From Histomonas meleagridis 2922-C6/04-290x (taxonomy: Eukaryota > Protista > Parabasalia), in assembly GCA_020184695.1 (NCBI GenBank), contig JAANOX010000074.1, forward strand, positions 6,417-70,416: a DNA stretch of 64,000 nucleotides. The letters run 5' to 3'. The position numbers were made by a program, and so were the translations under genes. The stretch's first letter is position 1; each line of letters begins with the position of its first letter. Below are positions 53,001-63,450 of this stretch, in pieces. The notes below the pieces were generated by a model. That model ran no database searches. It had not been told where the DNA came from and was given only the letters and a program-made list of their open reading frames with translations.

Positions 53001-56000
53001 TACAATCGCTATAGCAGATAATCGATTACTACCTGCTTCTGCTATAATTGGACTTGACATAGTACAAAAATAAATTTTGTTCTTTGTAATTCGGCCATAA
53101 CCTAAAATATCAACTAATTCGAAGTTTAATTCTTTACCAAATGATAAATTACTTTTCGATATTTTCGTCATGAAATTTAATATTTTATCATTAGAATTTG
53201 TTACAATATTACAATAAGGTAATATAAAATTAGCAGTAATAATACTTGTAATAGGTACAACTATTTGTATCTCATTAATACGTATAGTTGTGGATAAATC
53301 ATGTGTAATCTTTTCGAAATCTGTTGACTTTTCTTCTTGTTTAGTTGTATTCTTTGTTTGTTCATCTAAATATTTGGTTATATTTTCAACAAATGTTAAA
53401 TCAATATATTTCTCGGGATGAAATATAAATGCTAATGTACAATATATATAAATCGGTCGAATATTTAATATACTTTCTTTAGAATCAATTAATTGACATA
53501 AATCAGAACCTTTTAATACAATATTTACTACTTTTCCGATAGTTACTTGAAAATCTGAAAATGAACAAGTTAAACCAAACTTATGAAATGATTTTGGATT
53601 TGAAGAAGTTTTAAATAAGAATGAAAATGTTTGTAACTTTGCTAATATTTGATTAAAATCGATAGCAATATTATTAATAACAAAATGAATTAATATTTCA
53701 TTTTTGCTATCATTATTATTATTATTTTCATTTTCTATATTAGTATTATTCATTAAAATGTTTTCATTAAATAAGTCTTCTGCTTTATTTTCATTTAATA
53801 AATTAAAATCAGGTAATGATTTTAATAAAAATGGTATAAAATGTGATGAAATATGTAATAAAATTCGATCAATTCCACCAGTTATAGAAGTTAATTCATT
53901 TTTAGTTTCTATCATTAAAGGATATGAAAATATTTGTAATTCTGTTTTTTCATTTTGATCATGAGTAATATGTAAAGCTAAAGGTGGTAACATTATAATA
54001 AATTTATTATAACTTTCATAACCTTTAAACGAATTTTTATTATATTTTGTTAATTTCCAATTACGTGAAAAATCATGTAAATCTTCCATAATTGAATTCT
54101 TAATATATAAAGCAGTTAAATAAGCATTTGTAGCTTTAGTTATACTACAAGGACCAAAATCATACATTACATCTTGAATATGTTTCTTTAAATTTTCGAA
54201 ATCTTTTGAATTCTTTAATAAGTTTTCTAATAAACCTGATGGAGGACCAGAAGGTAAAGTGATATCATTCATTAAATTTAATATTTTAGTTAAAACAACA
54301 TTTAAAAATTTATATGAATCATGATTCATACTTATAGCTATAGGATTAACCTTTAATATAGTTTCAGAATTTTGATTCGAAAACAAAATATTTGGTATAG
54401 ATATAGCTAATAAAGCATTATTTTCTTCATTAACTTTACCTGCTATTAAAATTTTATGTATATTTAAATTTAATGAAATATTTTGATCAATTATTGAATG
54501 ATCTCTAAATAATTTAATTTTTTCGATTGTTACAACAAATTCAAATTTCGGATCGATAATACGAATAGTAATTTTAGGTATAATTACTGAAATTTGATTT
54601 TGAATATAATGATATAATTCATATTCATCACTAACCATCGAACGTACTAAACTAACTAAAACATGGGAATTAGGAGGTAAATCATTCATTGTTAATAAAA
54701 CAGTAAATATTGGTATAGCTAAAGGATTTAATTGTACTTTAATTTCATTTGGTAATATTAATCTGATTCCTACTTCATTAGCATAAAAATCGACTCCATC
54801 AATATTAAATATTTGATGAGGCTTTGAACAAAATGGTTTATTAAAGAATAATTTATTACTTTTTGATACTTTCCTTGTAATAGTAGGAGATAAATGATTA
54901 TAAGCTCGATAATATTCGAAATGATGAAGCCAATTAATACCATCTTCCATATTAATGAAACTTTTCTTACTTGGATAATCAATACAAAATACAGGTAATG
55001 TATAATCACCATTTTCTTTAGGATTAGAAAACATTGCTTGATAAAGGTTATATTGTTCACCTAAATAAGAATAATAAGTTTCTTTACGTAACATTTCAGG
55101 TAATTGGAAAAATTCTTTACCAAGTTGTGACTTATTTTTAAATATAAAAGGGAATAAATATTTTTTAAATCCATGTTTTTGTAAATATAAATATTGTTCA
55201 TTAATATCATTAATATTATTACCACAATGTGTATCTCTAATTATTGATAAATAAGTAGAAGCTCTAAATATAGATCGAATATTATTAGTTTCAGGATCAA
55301 TTCTTAATATATGTGCATCAATAGAAGGTAATGAAACAAAAATAGAAAAATGTGTATTAAAATCTATATAAGAATCACCATAAACTATTACACCACCAGG
55401 TAAAACAGCCGCAACTAAACCTAATGATCCCATATCTAATAATAAATTAATTCCACCTACTGTAACTCTATAAATAGATATATTATATATATTATCAGGA
55501 TCAAATTTAGGTAATGGATAAGAATCATCACTAAAGAAATCATGAATTATATTAAATGCTAAATCTAATGATGAAAATAATTGTGGTAATAATACATGTC
55601 CATCAATTTGTCCTATTTCAACACTAATTTTAGTATAGATATCAGAATATTTACCTTCTAATAAATCACTTATAGTTTTCATTGATATTGATATCGATTC
55701 AACATGTAAAAGTCCTTCTTGCGGTCCTTCTGGGTCATGATATCGTTCATTATAAAATTTATCATAAGGATAATCTGTCCTTGGAACTCGAACAGTAGCA
55801 CAACCAATATCAAAGAAGAAATGCCAAAATGGATAATAACTTTCCATAGATACTAACATATTCATAAAGTTAAGTGTAACATAATCTTCTGTTTCATATA
55901 AATCTATAGGTACTTTCACAGTACCATTATCTACTAATACTATTATTGATGAAGCATTAATATATTCTAATGTTGCTGGTGGAATTTTATCATTATATTG

Positions 56001-57920
56001 AATCGGATGTAATCTATCTCTAGATAAATAATTCGCTAATGTATTAACTAATGATAAAATTGAATTTATTGTAACTTTCCCACCAACTTTTGATATTTTT
56101 ATTGTTATTGGTATTTGTGCATCACCATTAGGATTTATTGATGACCATCTATAAGCTCCTGATAATTGAAATACTGCCATTGTTAAATAATCATAAATTT
56201 GTTCTCCTCTTCGAATTTGATGTATATGATTTCGAGGTTTATAAAATGAGACTTTAGTTTTAGTAAATTCGCATGAATATGTTACTGCTTTATTTGCTTC
56301 TTCAAAGATTATTAATGGTGATGATAATTTAAATCGGAAATCATCACTTTCGATTATTAAATGTGGATGATCTTCTGGATGTGTAATACATTCATATGGT
56401 GGATTCATTATCGAAAATAATCGAAATCGTACATTATTAAATAAAATAGAGACAAAATATGAATATGGAAAGAAGTTAAATATTGTATCTTTGATGATTT
56501 GAAATGGATAATATGACGCCCAATCTGTACCAAATTGTGAAAAAAAGTCAATATGATATGGTACTAAAACTATATCATTATCATTAAATTCAGCAGATAT
56601 AGCCATTTGTGTTACACCATTCCATTGTTCTGGATAAAACATTGATATGTTTAATGTTAATTCTTTGGATATTATTAATGGCGGTGTATTTGGTAATGAT
56701 ACTTCAATGGTAACATCAGTAAATTGACATGATATATCCATTTTATTTTCATTTTGTGATGAACAATATTGTGGTGATAATATTATCATTTGTCCATCTT
56801 TCCCAAATGTAATTGTTGTGCTTTCATTTCTATTTTCTTCGGTTACAAACGGTATTTTAATAATCCCTCCTTCTGGAAATTGAATTTGAAAGGTCCACAT
56901 TTTAATCCTTGAACGTACATCATCATAAATTATTAGGTCATTATATAAAAAAGGTGAATAAAATTCCATAAATGCTCTTCTTAGTTTATCGGTAAACGGT
57001 CCGTATTCAATTTCAACTTTTTGAGCGAAATTCACGTTAATTATCATCTCGGGTTGATGAGTGACTTGTGATGGCGCCGAAATATCTTCGGATTGAAGAT
57101 ACATACCACAAATATCCGAAATTATTTCGACTTCTATGTTTTCTGTTTTGATAATTGGGATTTTTGTATGAGAACGTTCATAAATATTTCGCATTGATTT
57201 CATATACCATTCTGTTTCAGTGATAACTTGTGGTACTGACTTAAATGATACTGTATTTATATCAAAAGAGAGACTATATTTTAGACAATGATGAATTGAT
57301 TCTCGTGGAATTATTGTGTACTTCCCAAGAATAGATTCTGCTCTTAAAATTAAAAATGATGGAAGCTTTGGGTTACCAAAAACAATTTGGCTTGCATAAA
57401 TTTTGAATTTTAATGGTAAAATCATTCTTAAAAAAACTGATAATTCATGTGGTTCAGAAGCAGGATATAATGATTTTATGTAATCGCCTATTTCTTTTGT
57501 TGTTTGTCCGTTTTCGAATTTTTTTACTATTTCTTCAACTAAATTAGTTGTCCATGTTCGATTATAAATAATTAAATTTAAACCATATACTTTAACTGAA
57601 AAACGAGTGTTTGAATTTTCCTCTGTTGTTTGAAAACTAGGAACTTTTCTCCAATAATATAGACGTCCAGTAATTTTGCTAATTTTTACTGCCATATCTT
57701 GTGTAACAATTTCAATATCTGCAAATGAAAGCCTTCCGGAAAACACGGAAAAAGCAATTCGTTTGAATTTGATTGATAATGTTTTTGGTGAGAACAATTT
57801 TAAAAATAATCGAAAAATTAAGGCTGTTAAATATTGCTGAAAAAACAGTAAATAAAAGGCAACAATAAGGAAAACAGAAATAAATATGACGACTTCCCAA
57901 GGGATCGTCAGATCAGGCAT
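50001..57920 (-). CDS. Bridge-like lipid transfer protein, BLTP1/Csf1/Tweek-like
   Basis: 2639 aa; N-terminal TM followed by IKFKRIAFSVFSGRLSFADIE...GRLYYWR (Csf1_N-like); beta-rich body; C-terminal FNPGFKV..G....P.ISWLL..FG....IIP resembling the BLTP1 end. Confidence 0.72.
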   Translation of the reverse strand: MPDLTIPWEVVIFISVFLIVAFYLLFFQQYLTALIFRLFLKLFSPKTLSIKFKRIAFSVFSGRLSFADIEIVTQDMAVKISKITGRLYYWRKVPSFQTTEENSNTRFSVKVYGLNLIIYNRTWTTNLVEEIVKKFENGQTTKEIGDYIKSLYPASEPHELSVFLRMILPLKFKIYASQIVFGNPKLPSFLILRAESILGKYTIIPRESIHHCLKYSLSFDINTVSFKSVPQVITETEWYMKSMRNIYERSHTKIPIIKTENIEVEIISDICGMYLQSEDISAPSQVTHQPEMIINVNFAQKVEIEYGPFTDKLRRAFMEFYSPFLYNDLIIYDDVRSRIKMWTFQIQFPEGGIIKIPFVTEENRNESTTITFGKDGQMIILSPQYCSSQNENKMDISCQFTDVTIEVSLPNTPPLIISKELTLNISMFYPEQWNGVTQMAISAEFNDNDIVLVPYHIDFFSQFGTDWASYYPFQIIKDTIFNFFPYSYFVSILFNNVRFRLFSIMNPPYECITHPEDHPHLIIESDDFRFKLSSPLIIFEEANKAVTYSCEFTKTKVSFYKPRNHIHQIRRGEQIYDYLTMAVFQLSGAYRWSSINPNGDAQIPITIKISKVGGKVTINSILSLVNTLANYLSRDRLHPIQYNDKIPPATLEYINASSIIVLVDNGTVKVPIDLYETEDYVTLNFMNMLVSMESYYPFWHFFFDIGCATVRVPRTDYPYDKFYNERYHDPEGPQEGLLHVESISISMKTISDLLEGKYSDIYTKISVEIGQIDGHVLLPQLFSSLDLAFNIIHDFFSDDSYPLPKFDPDNIYNISIYRVTVGGINLLLDMGSLGLVAAVLPGGVIVYGDSYIDFNTHFSIFVSLPSIDAHILRIDPETNNIRSIFRASTYLSIIRDTHCGNNINDINEQYLYLQKHGFKKYLFPFIFKNKSQLGKEFFQLPEMLRKETYYSYLGEQYNLYQAMFSNPKENGDYTLPVFCIDYPSKKSFINMEDGINWLHHFEYYRAYNHLSPTITRKVSKSNKLFFNKPFCSKPHQIFNIDGVDFYANEVGIRLILPNEIKVQLNPLAIPIFTVLLTMNDLPPNSHVLVSLVRSMVSDEYELYHYIQNQISVIIPKITIRIIDPKFEFVVTIEKIKLFRDHSIIDQNISLNLNIHKILIAGKVNEENNALLAISIPNILFSNQNSETILKVNPIAISMNHDSYKFLNVVLTKILNLMNDITLPSGPPSGLLENLLKNSKDFENLKKHIQDVMYDFGPCSITKATNAYLTALYIKNSIMEDLHDFSRNWKLTKYNKNSFKGYESYNKFIIMLPPLALHITHDQNEKTELQIFSYPLMIETKNELTSITGGIDRILLHISSHFIPFLLKSLPDFNLLNENKAEDLFNENILMNNTNIENENNNNNDSKNEILIHFVINNIAIDFNQILAKLQTFSFLFKTSSNPKSFHKFGLTCSFSDFQVTIGKVVNIVLKGSDLCQLIDSKESILNIRPIYIYCTLAFIFHPEKYIDLTFVENITKYLDEQTKNTTKQEEKSTDFEKITHDLSTTIRINEIQIVVPITSIITANFILPYCNIVTNSNDKILNFMTKISKSNLSFGKELNFELVDILGYGRITKNKIYFCTMSSPIIAEAGSNRLSAIAIVLNNIFSYIEELQKDTKDDIINEEEQINEENEIVIQNKNSKKKKFEFELLFQIPEFSFNISEINSGLNMTQINWQMSNQNDGIDFSINFNKIILSSYESKIQTSVSIISMKNTLVFKLDPIKILITKSLINSIPNFLQFVDVMRTRFNEQEYVYSKVQEVIEIVQTTVENKADEIIKNMQTAKKEENQKTNVISNQFFFEILNLQLNIELPNGEFYSEIPQILFYIQTKKTEKEKEISAGFTFKLKDFLLIFDRKESKSIKYQNKKKNINDVSKVKCNYICISGISYLNQVNINTIVDGIEVNLFSTLPIAFSHILSLLNNIKSLIPERKQENQIKRFTNETNQINYENVGIEISGTFKCKNIDIILLPISNNLKIPLFSVELLLAKKHLSLILIIPELIKASFSPSLLNWLNNFLKNMDNLTNLIPSNLNNNNNVTNNNNNAKQINLTFDLIVTTKDIEIHFGCQPRRKDISLVLGLKSLNGLMSSVQSSFNIQINNIFLQTQNQFALQTENSRNSKLFEFNIPITNAFLSPSLIVVNIDRISTSFSSDKVEEISLFNDIWVQPLLYLFKSTTNNNNNEIIKNKINLNQNNENNENNKIKIDLKIGQFNLLFNYAAGVGFLKLDVTPIQVEKSLNQFIVSIKSTTIASMGQLMFDFDLANLIFVRTVQPLNMINYLNFQSVSLQMSSNNAPNLLFSMKRTHLFYRTISINSESQGVLLLSLESPSIKLTGVTIPTMISFYKTISDPILTSIERGNRRNSEEEPLIIKIEKKKQQQPMNSKLSVILSNVNFELYKYDLKENNAFRLSALGIFLNLGLAQTPEGQMFRKLQLSLKPINLAKMVVDKAGAQQLRSILKLPLIKGELDTTQKSHEDTQIQYNFITTFDGLIDPSLNLSDYEQLVTAIKFAVGQVKIGNGETGNQKIEEDEKPKVAYTFIPVQYQFNPGFKVGIGASFSPDISWLLNLFGISDAHIIPASLFEYVCLGLESFLRALAGSIAMTE

Positions 57921-58137
57921 AACTTTTCACCAAAATTTTTATACCTGAAAGCGATTTTTGTAAAGGTTTACAAAACGTATCGGCCACTCAATTAAGTACG
58001 ATTTTTGGCGAACATATTTTGGTGTCTTTTTTCCATAATAAAGAGCTTTTTGGATATGTTTTAAGTATATAATCTTTATGTCAGTGAACTGACCTTAATT
58101 TTTTTAAGAAAAGTTTTCAAATATTCCGAAATAATTT

Positions 58138-58386
58138 TTATTTACCTTCAAGTATTGCAATTTCTTGACGTAGACAAATTAGCTTTGCTGTTAGATCTTG
58201 ATTTTCCCTTATTAATTTGTCTACATTCTCACATGGTGGAGCACCCATATTTTCTCGAACAAACGCAAGTGGATCTTCTGGAAGTTCTTCAAGGTCATTA
58301 AGGTCATGCATTGCTCTGTTAAAAACTTCTATTACATTTCTTGCTTCTAGATATTTTTTAAATTGTTCTCTTTTGGAGCTCTCCAT
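58138..58386 (-). CDS. MYCBP: c-Myc-binding protein homolog (MYCBP/AMY-1 family)
   Basis: SKREQFKKYLE...LPEDPLAFVRENMGA followed by a coiled coil matches the family pattern. Confidence 0.8.
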   Translation of the reverse strand: MESSKREQFKKYLEARNVIEVFNRAMHDLNDLEELPEDPLAFVRENMGAPPCENVDKLIRENQDLTAKLICLRQEIAILEGK

Positions 58387-59088
58387 TTGTTTTCGAATAA
58401 TGTTTTCATAAGTTTATTTTTAAGTTTTCTATCGAAAACGATCGATTTGATTCAATTATCGACTGGGGATCAAAGCTTTGTTCCGAAGTTACACGAAAAA
58501 TTTAAATTAGATTAAAATTCAGTATTTATTGAACCAGCGCATGAAATTTTTGTATATGCATAAACATATTTTTGATTAATTATAGAAAGTATTTAATAAC
58601 GAATTATATACCATACTCCAATGGAACATATTTTTCTTTAAAATTAGCGTATAAACCAATTTTCCAATCCCCAATCTTGTTTTTGGTTTAAATTTCATAT
58701 AAAATCAAAAAACCTCGCTGCTCTATATTCTTCATTATGTGAAAGAAGTAATTACAAATTTTGTTTTTCGATTGCTGCTGTAACAAGTATATCACAAAAA
58801 TGAATATATTCAAATATTATAAATCATACCTGATATAATAACAAATAACATCACATAAGTTCTATAAAACTTTCACTATTTCTCGGCAGATCAAGTTTAA
58901 TATTGATGAGAATGAATAATTTACATATTTTTAAGAATAAAAACCAAAGTTTTATTAATTTATTTGATCATATAGAGTTTTATTTATTGACTGATAGTGC
59001 CATTTACATCATATATTACTAAATCATTTCTTCGTTCAAAATCTCTTACAAGATTATTATTTTGATTCATATCAAGACTATCCCATGT

Positions 59089-59150
59089 ACACACACACAG
59101 GGGAGATTCCACTTCGTTTCACTCCCCACTCACTTCGTGAGGTGTGTGTT
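59089..59150. other. Structured (CA)n...GTGTGT hairpin motif, copy 1 (continues at 60430-60470 beyond the mariner)
   Basis: ACACAC - GGGGAG/CTCCCC stem enclosing TCCACTTCGTTTCA - CTCAC-TTC-GTGAG - GTGTGTGTT. Confidence 0.7.
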
Positions 59151-59151
59151 A

Positions 59152-60427
59152 TAGGGTGGTCAAAAAGTTCGTTCGCCAGCTCTTTTCTTTATACATACTT
59201 ATGTGATCGAATGTAATAACATAAATATGGATTATATAAAGTGTATAGAATATTTTTTTATTTGAATGTTTTTTGTTTTATTCAATGTATATAAAATTAT
59301 GCGCTTTAGAAAATTTTATTGTACGTTAAAAATGTACGTTAAGAATCAAATGCTAAACAGTATGGTAGAAATTCGTGCCATAATTCATTATTTATGGCTA
59401 AAAGGCAATGACAACAAAAGCATACATCAAGAAGTAATCGACACATATGGTCCTAAAGCGATAACTCTCAGAACAGTTCAGAAGAGAACAAAAGAATTCA
59501 AAGAAGGAAGAAATACGTTAAACGATCTTCCAAGAAGTGGTAGACCCCAAAAACTAGATTTAATACCTATTATTTAAAATTATTTGTTGCACAATCCATA
59601 CGCAAGCACTCGCAAAATTGCTAAAGACATTGGGGCAAACAAAAATACTGTCAAAAAGGTTTTGATCAAGCATTTATCAATGAAAAAGGTCAATTTTAAA
59701 TGGGTGCCATCTGCTCTTACCGAACAAATGAAAGCAAAAAGAGTTGAAATTGCCAGCATCTTACTGGAATACCTTACAAATGCATCGGAAAGGAAGCTTG
59801 CAAAAATATTCACTCAAGATGAGACATGGATCTACTTTAAAAATGGAAGAGATTCGATGTGGATTGAAGCCGGTGCACAAATACCAACAAAACCAAGGCA
59901 AACGATTGGGTCAAAGAAAGCGATGATATCAGTAATATGGGGAATCAATGGAATAAAATCAATCACCATGCTTCCTCAAGGCAGTAAGTTCAACAAAAAG
60001 TTTTTTTCCAATTGTGTGCTCGAAGATTTGAACAAAAAAATTCAGACAAAAGGGACATACCTACACATGGACAACGCAAAACCGCACAATGTACCAGAAA
60101 AATTAAGAGAATTAAAAATTAAAAGACTTGATCATCCCCCTTATTCACCAAATATAGCTCCTTCTGACTTCTTTCTATTCGGCTACCTTAAGAAATTATT
60201 AGAGGGAATGGAATTCAGCAACGAGAATGAGCTTTTTGACAAAGTCCAAGAAATATTAACTTCAATACCAAAATCAATATTTAAATATGCATACAATGAA
60301 TGGATGAATAGGCTCTTTGCAGTAATCGAGACACATGGAGAATACATTCATTAATAAACAACTTTGAGATAAAAAATTTATGGATTGACTGAAAAAAATT
60401 AGACGAACGAACTTTTTGACCACCCTA
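59152..60427 (+). mobile_element. Tc1/mariner transposon, 1276 bp
   Basis: Perfect 24-bp TIRs TAGGGTGGTCAAAAAGTTCGTTCG (59152-59175; inverse at 60404-60427); TA duplication at 59150-59151 and 60428-60429; internal transposase. Confidence 0.95.
59350..60354 (+). pseudogene. Mariner transposase with one in-frame TAA (59575-59577)
   Basis: ORFs 59266-59577 and 59584-60354 share a frame; HTH (EIRAIIHYLW, SGRP), WVP, TQDETW, HMDNAKPH and YSPNIAPSDFFLF motifs. Confidence 0.92.
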
Positions 60428-60516
60428 TATATCGCCTTCGGCTCAAGCCTCACTCACTGCGTTCACTCAGTAAAATATTAAAGTTAATATTTTTTAAATA
60501 TATATCCTAACATGAA

Positions 60517-60945
60517 ATGAATGATAAAGCATCAAATTATGCCGGGTTATGTAATAACCTTATATATGATAAATGAATATTGTAGAAATAGGATAAAAAT
60601 GATGAAAACTATGGTATGGGATCGGTTTTACAACCGTCACACATTGAATACTCATTCAAAAAGTGGTATAATTGGTCAGAAGCCAGACTACAAAAGACAA
60701 CTCATGAATTTGAAGTATCATCGAAATCAGAAATCACCAAAAACAACACGATGATTGCTGCTGATAAGGCGACAGCTCTTTTGGATTCATTTGTGATCAG
60801 GCGGATTATAAGAGTCATTAACAAGGATGGAAAAATTCTTGTCGAATGTGAAATTCCAGATCAGTCTGAAACGGTTGTGATACAATTGTCGTATGCGCAG
60901 TTTTTGTTTCCAAATGATCTCAACTCATTTCTTTCTGAACAATAA
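60517..60945 (+). pseudogene. Degraded ORF whose intact 3' part ends in a chromo-shadow-like segment
   Basis: The frame of ORF 60616-60945 extends to ATG 60517 through three stops; C-terminus IRRIIRVINKDGKILVECEIPDQSETVVIQLSYAQFLFPNDLNSFL. Confidence 0.35.
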
Positions 60946-61056
60946 TAAATGTTACTTTTGTTTTAATTTTTTGTATTTAAAAGAAATTCAAATGATAATG
61001 TCAATTTGATGAAATCATTTGTTTCATATTCGATAATTTCAGATAAACTCCAAATA

Positions 61057-62050
<994 letters not shown>

Positions 62051-62059
62051 TCAATTTTT

Positions 62060-62761
62060 TTAATCAAATTTGATTTCGATGAGGGCAAGAATAAAAGCTT
62101 CCCGAGTTCCTTCATATTTTGCCTTCGCCATATGCAGTCAAGTAACTTACGGTCAATCAGTTTTGGTTTCATATGTTGACTTGTAAGATTTCCATTTAAA
62201 ATCATACCAATTTTCTTCTATGGTATTTGTGTGTACTCCATCTTTTCTTTTGAATTTTTTTTTATGATTCACGATTTCATGTTCAAAATTTGTATTTCGG
62301 TATGTGTTTAACTCTTCGATTGCAGGGACATAAGCTTTCCATGCATCGGTATAAATAATCGAACCAGGCATAACATGATCTGATATTATCTTTTTTAGTA
62401 TATCTTTATATCTAGACGTGACACTTAATGCAAATATTTTGCGTTCTTTTGTTCTTTCTACATTACCAACAACCCAGACACCTTCTACTCTGTGCCCTAT
62501 ATTATATTTTCTTTTACCAAATTCAGATCCATCTAATTCTACTATAATCCCTTCACCACCGATTTTTTCTTCTTGATTTTGAACCATGCACGAAACAATT
62601 TTTTCGAATTTTTGTATATATTTGCAAATCGTTGTTGAAGATAATCCTGTTCTTGAGACGATTGATGTTGTTGGGGTTTTCAAAAGCCAATAATAAGCAA
62701 TCAATAAAACCATGTCAAAAGGTATTAAACATTTTTCAAATATTGTCCCAATTGTGATTGA
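62060..62761 (-). pseudogene. IS1595/Merlin-family (ISXO2-like) transposase relic, 5'-truncated and frameshifted
   Basis: SITIGTIFEKCL, KIGGEGIIVELDGSEFGKRKYN, IIYTDAWKAY, VNHKKKF...GVHTNTIE; the C-terminus (CIWRRQN; EAFILALIEIKFD*) lies in shifted frames. Confidence 0.88.
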
Positions 62762-62769
62762 TTATTGTT

Positions 62770-62860
62770 ACACACACACACAGCACAACTCCACTTCGTT
62801 TCATTGTGCACTTCGCTCCGCTCGGTGTGTGTTCTCAGCTCACTCGCGTTCGCTTCGAAG
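62770..62860. other. Structured (CA)n...GTGTGT hairpin motif, copy 2
   Basis: ACACAC - GCACAA/TTGTGC stem enclosing TCCACTTCGTTTCA - GGTGTGTGTT - CTCACTCGCGTTCGCTTCGAAG. Confidence 0.7.
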
Positions 62861-62913
62861 AATAAAGTTTACTTCCAAATAACAACAATTTCAAAAAGAT
62901 AATTTGTTAGAAA

Positions 62914-63360
62914 TGTAGCCGCTACAAGTTATATACTCGCTACGCGTAATATTCAATAGTAGCAGTAAAAACCTCTAAAATACCTATACTTTTGAGATGT
63001 TACTTGTGTAGCTTATGTTACCTCTAAAAATATCAATATGATAAAAGTAATAATAATGATATATATGAGTTTTGTTAAAGTAACAGGTAACGTAACGCTA
63101 CAGGCTACACTTTAATAATAATAAATTTTTCAAAATGAATTTTTATTTATATAAAATATGAAATATAATGGTAATGGCAAACAACTAAGGTTGATTATGA
63201 TTATGAAATTAACATTAATTATTCATATCAGATAAGAGATAAACATACTAAAAGAATTATTAAAGAAAGTTATAATAGATGTGAAATATTCTGTGAAAAG
63301 TATTTCTAATCTTTAATATATCACATAAGTTACAAGTTACAGAAGCTACAGGTTACAAAA
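62914..63360. repeat. Clusters of G(T/C)(A/T)AC(A) hexamers, iteron/origin-like
   Basis: TGTAGC-C-GCTACA (62914-62926); TGTTAC/TGTAGC/TGTTAC (62998-63021); GTAAC x3 plus GCTACA x2 (63080-63110); GTTACA x3 plus GCTACA (63327-63360). Confidence 0.7.
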
Positions 63361-63450
63361 ATAATCTCAAAATAATTTATTAATAAATGTATCTTCAAAA
63401 AAGCATATGTTTATAAAATTTTAACATTATTTTTATTTGTAGCAAAAGAT

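Noticed and set aside
59575-59577. Stop-codon reassignment (TAA as sense) to explain the mariner stop and the spacer stops
   Set aside because: Most housekeeping genes here end in TAA and contain none internally; spacers also shift frame and contain TGA.
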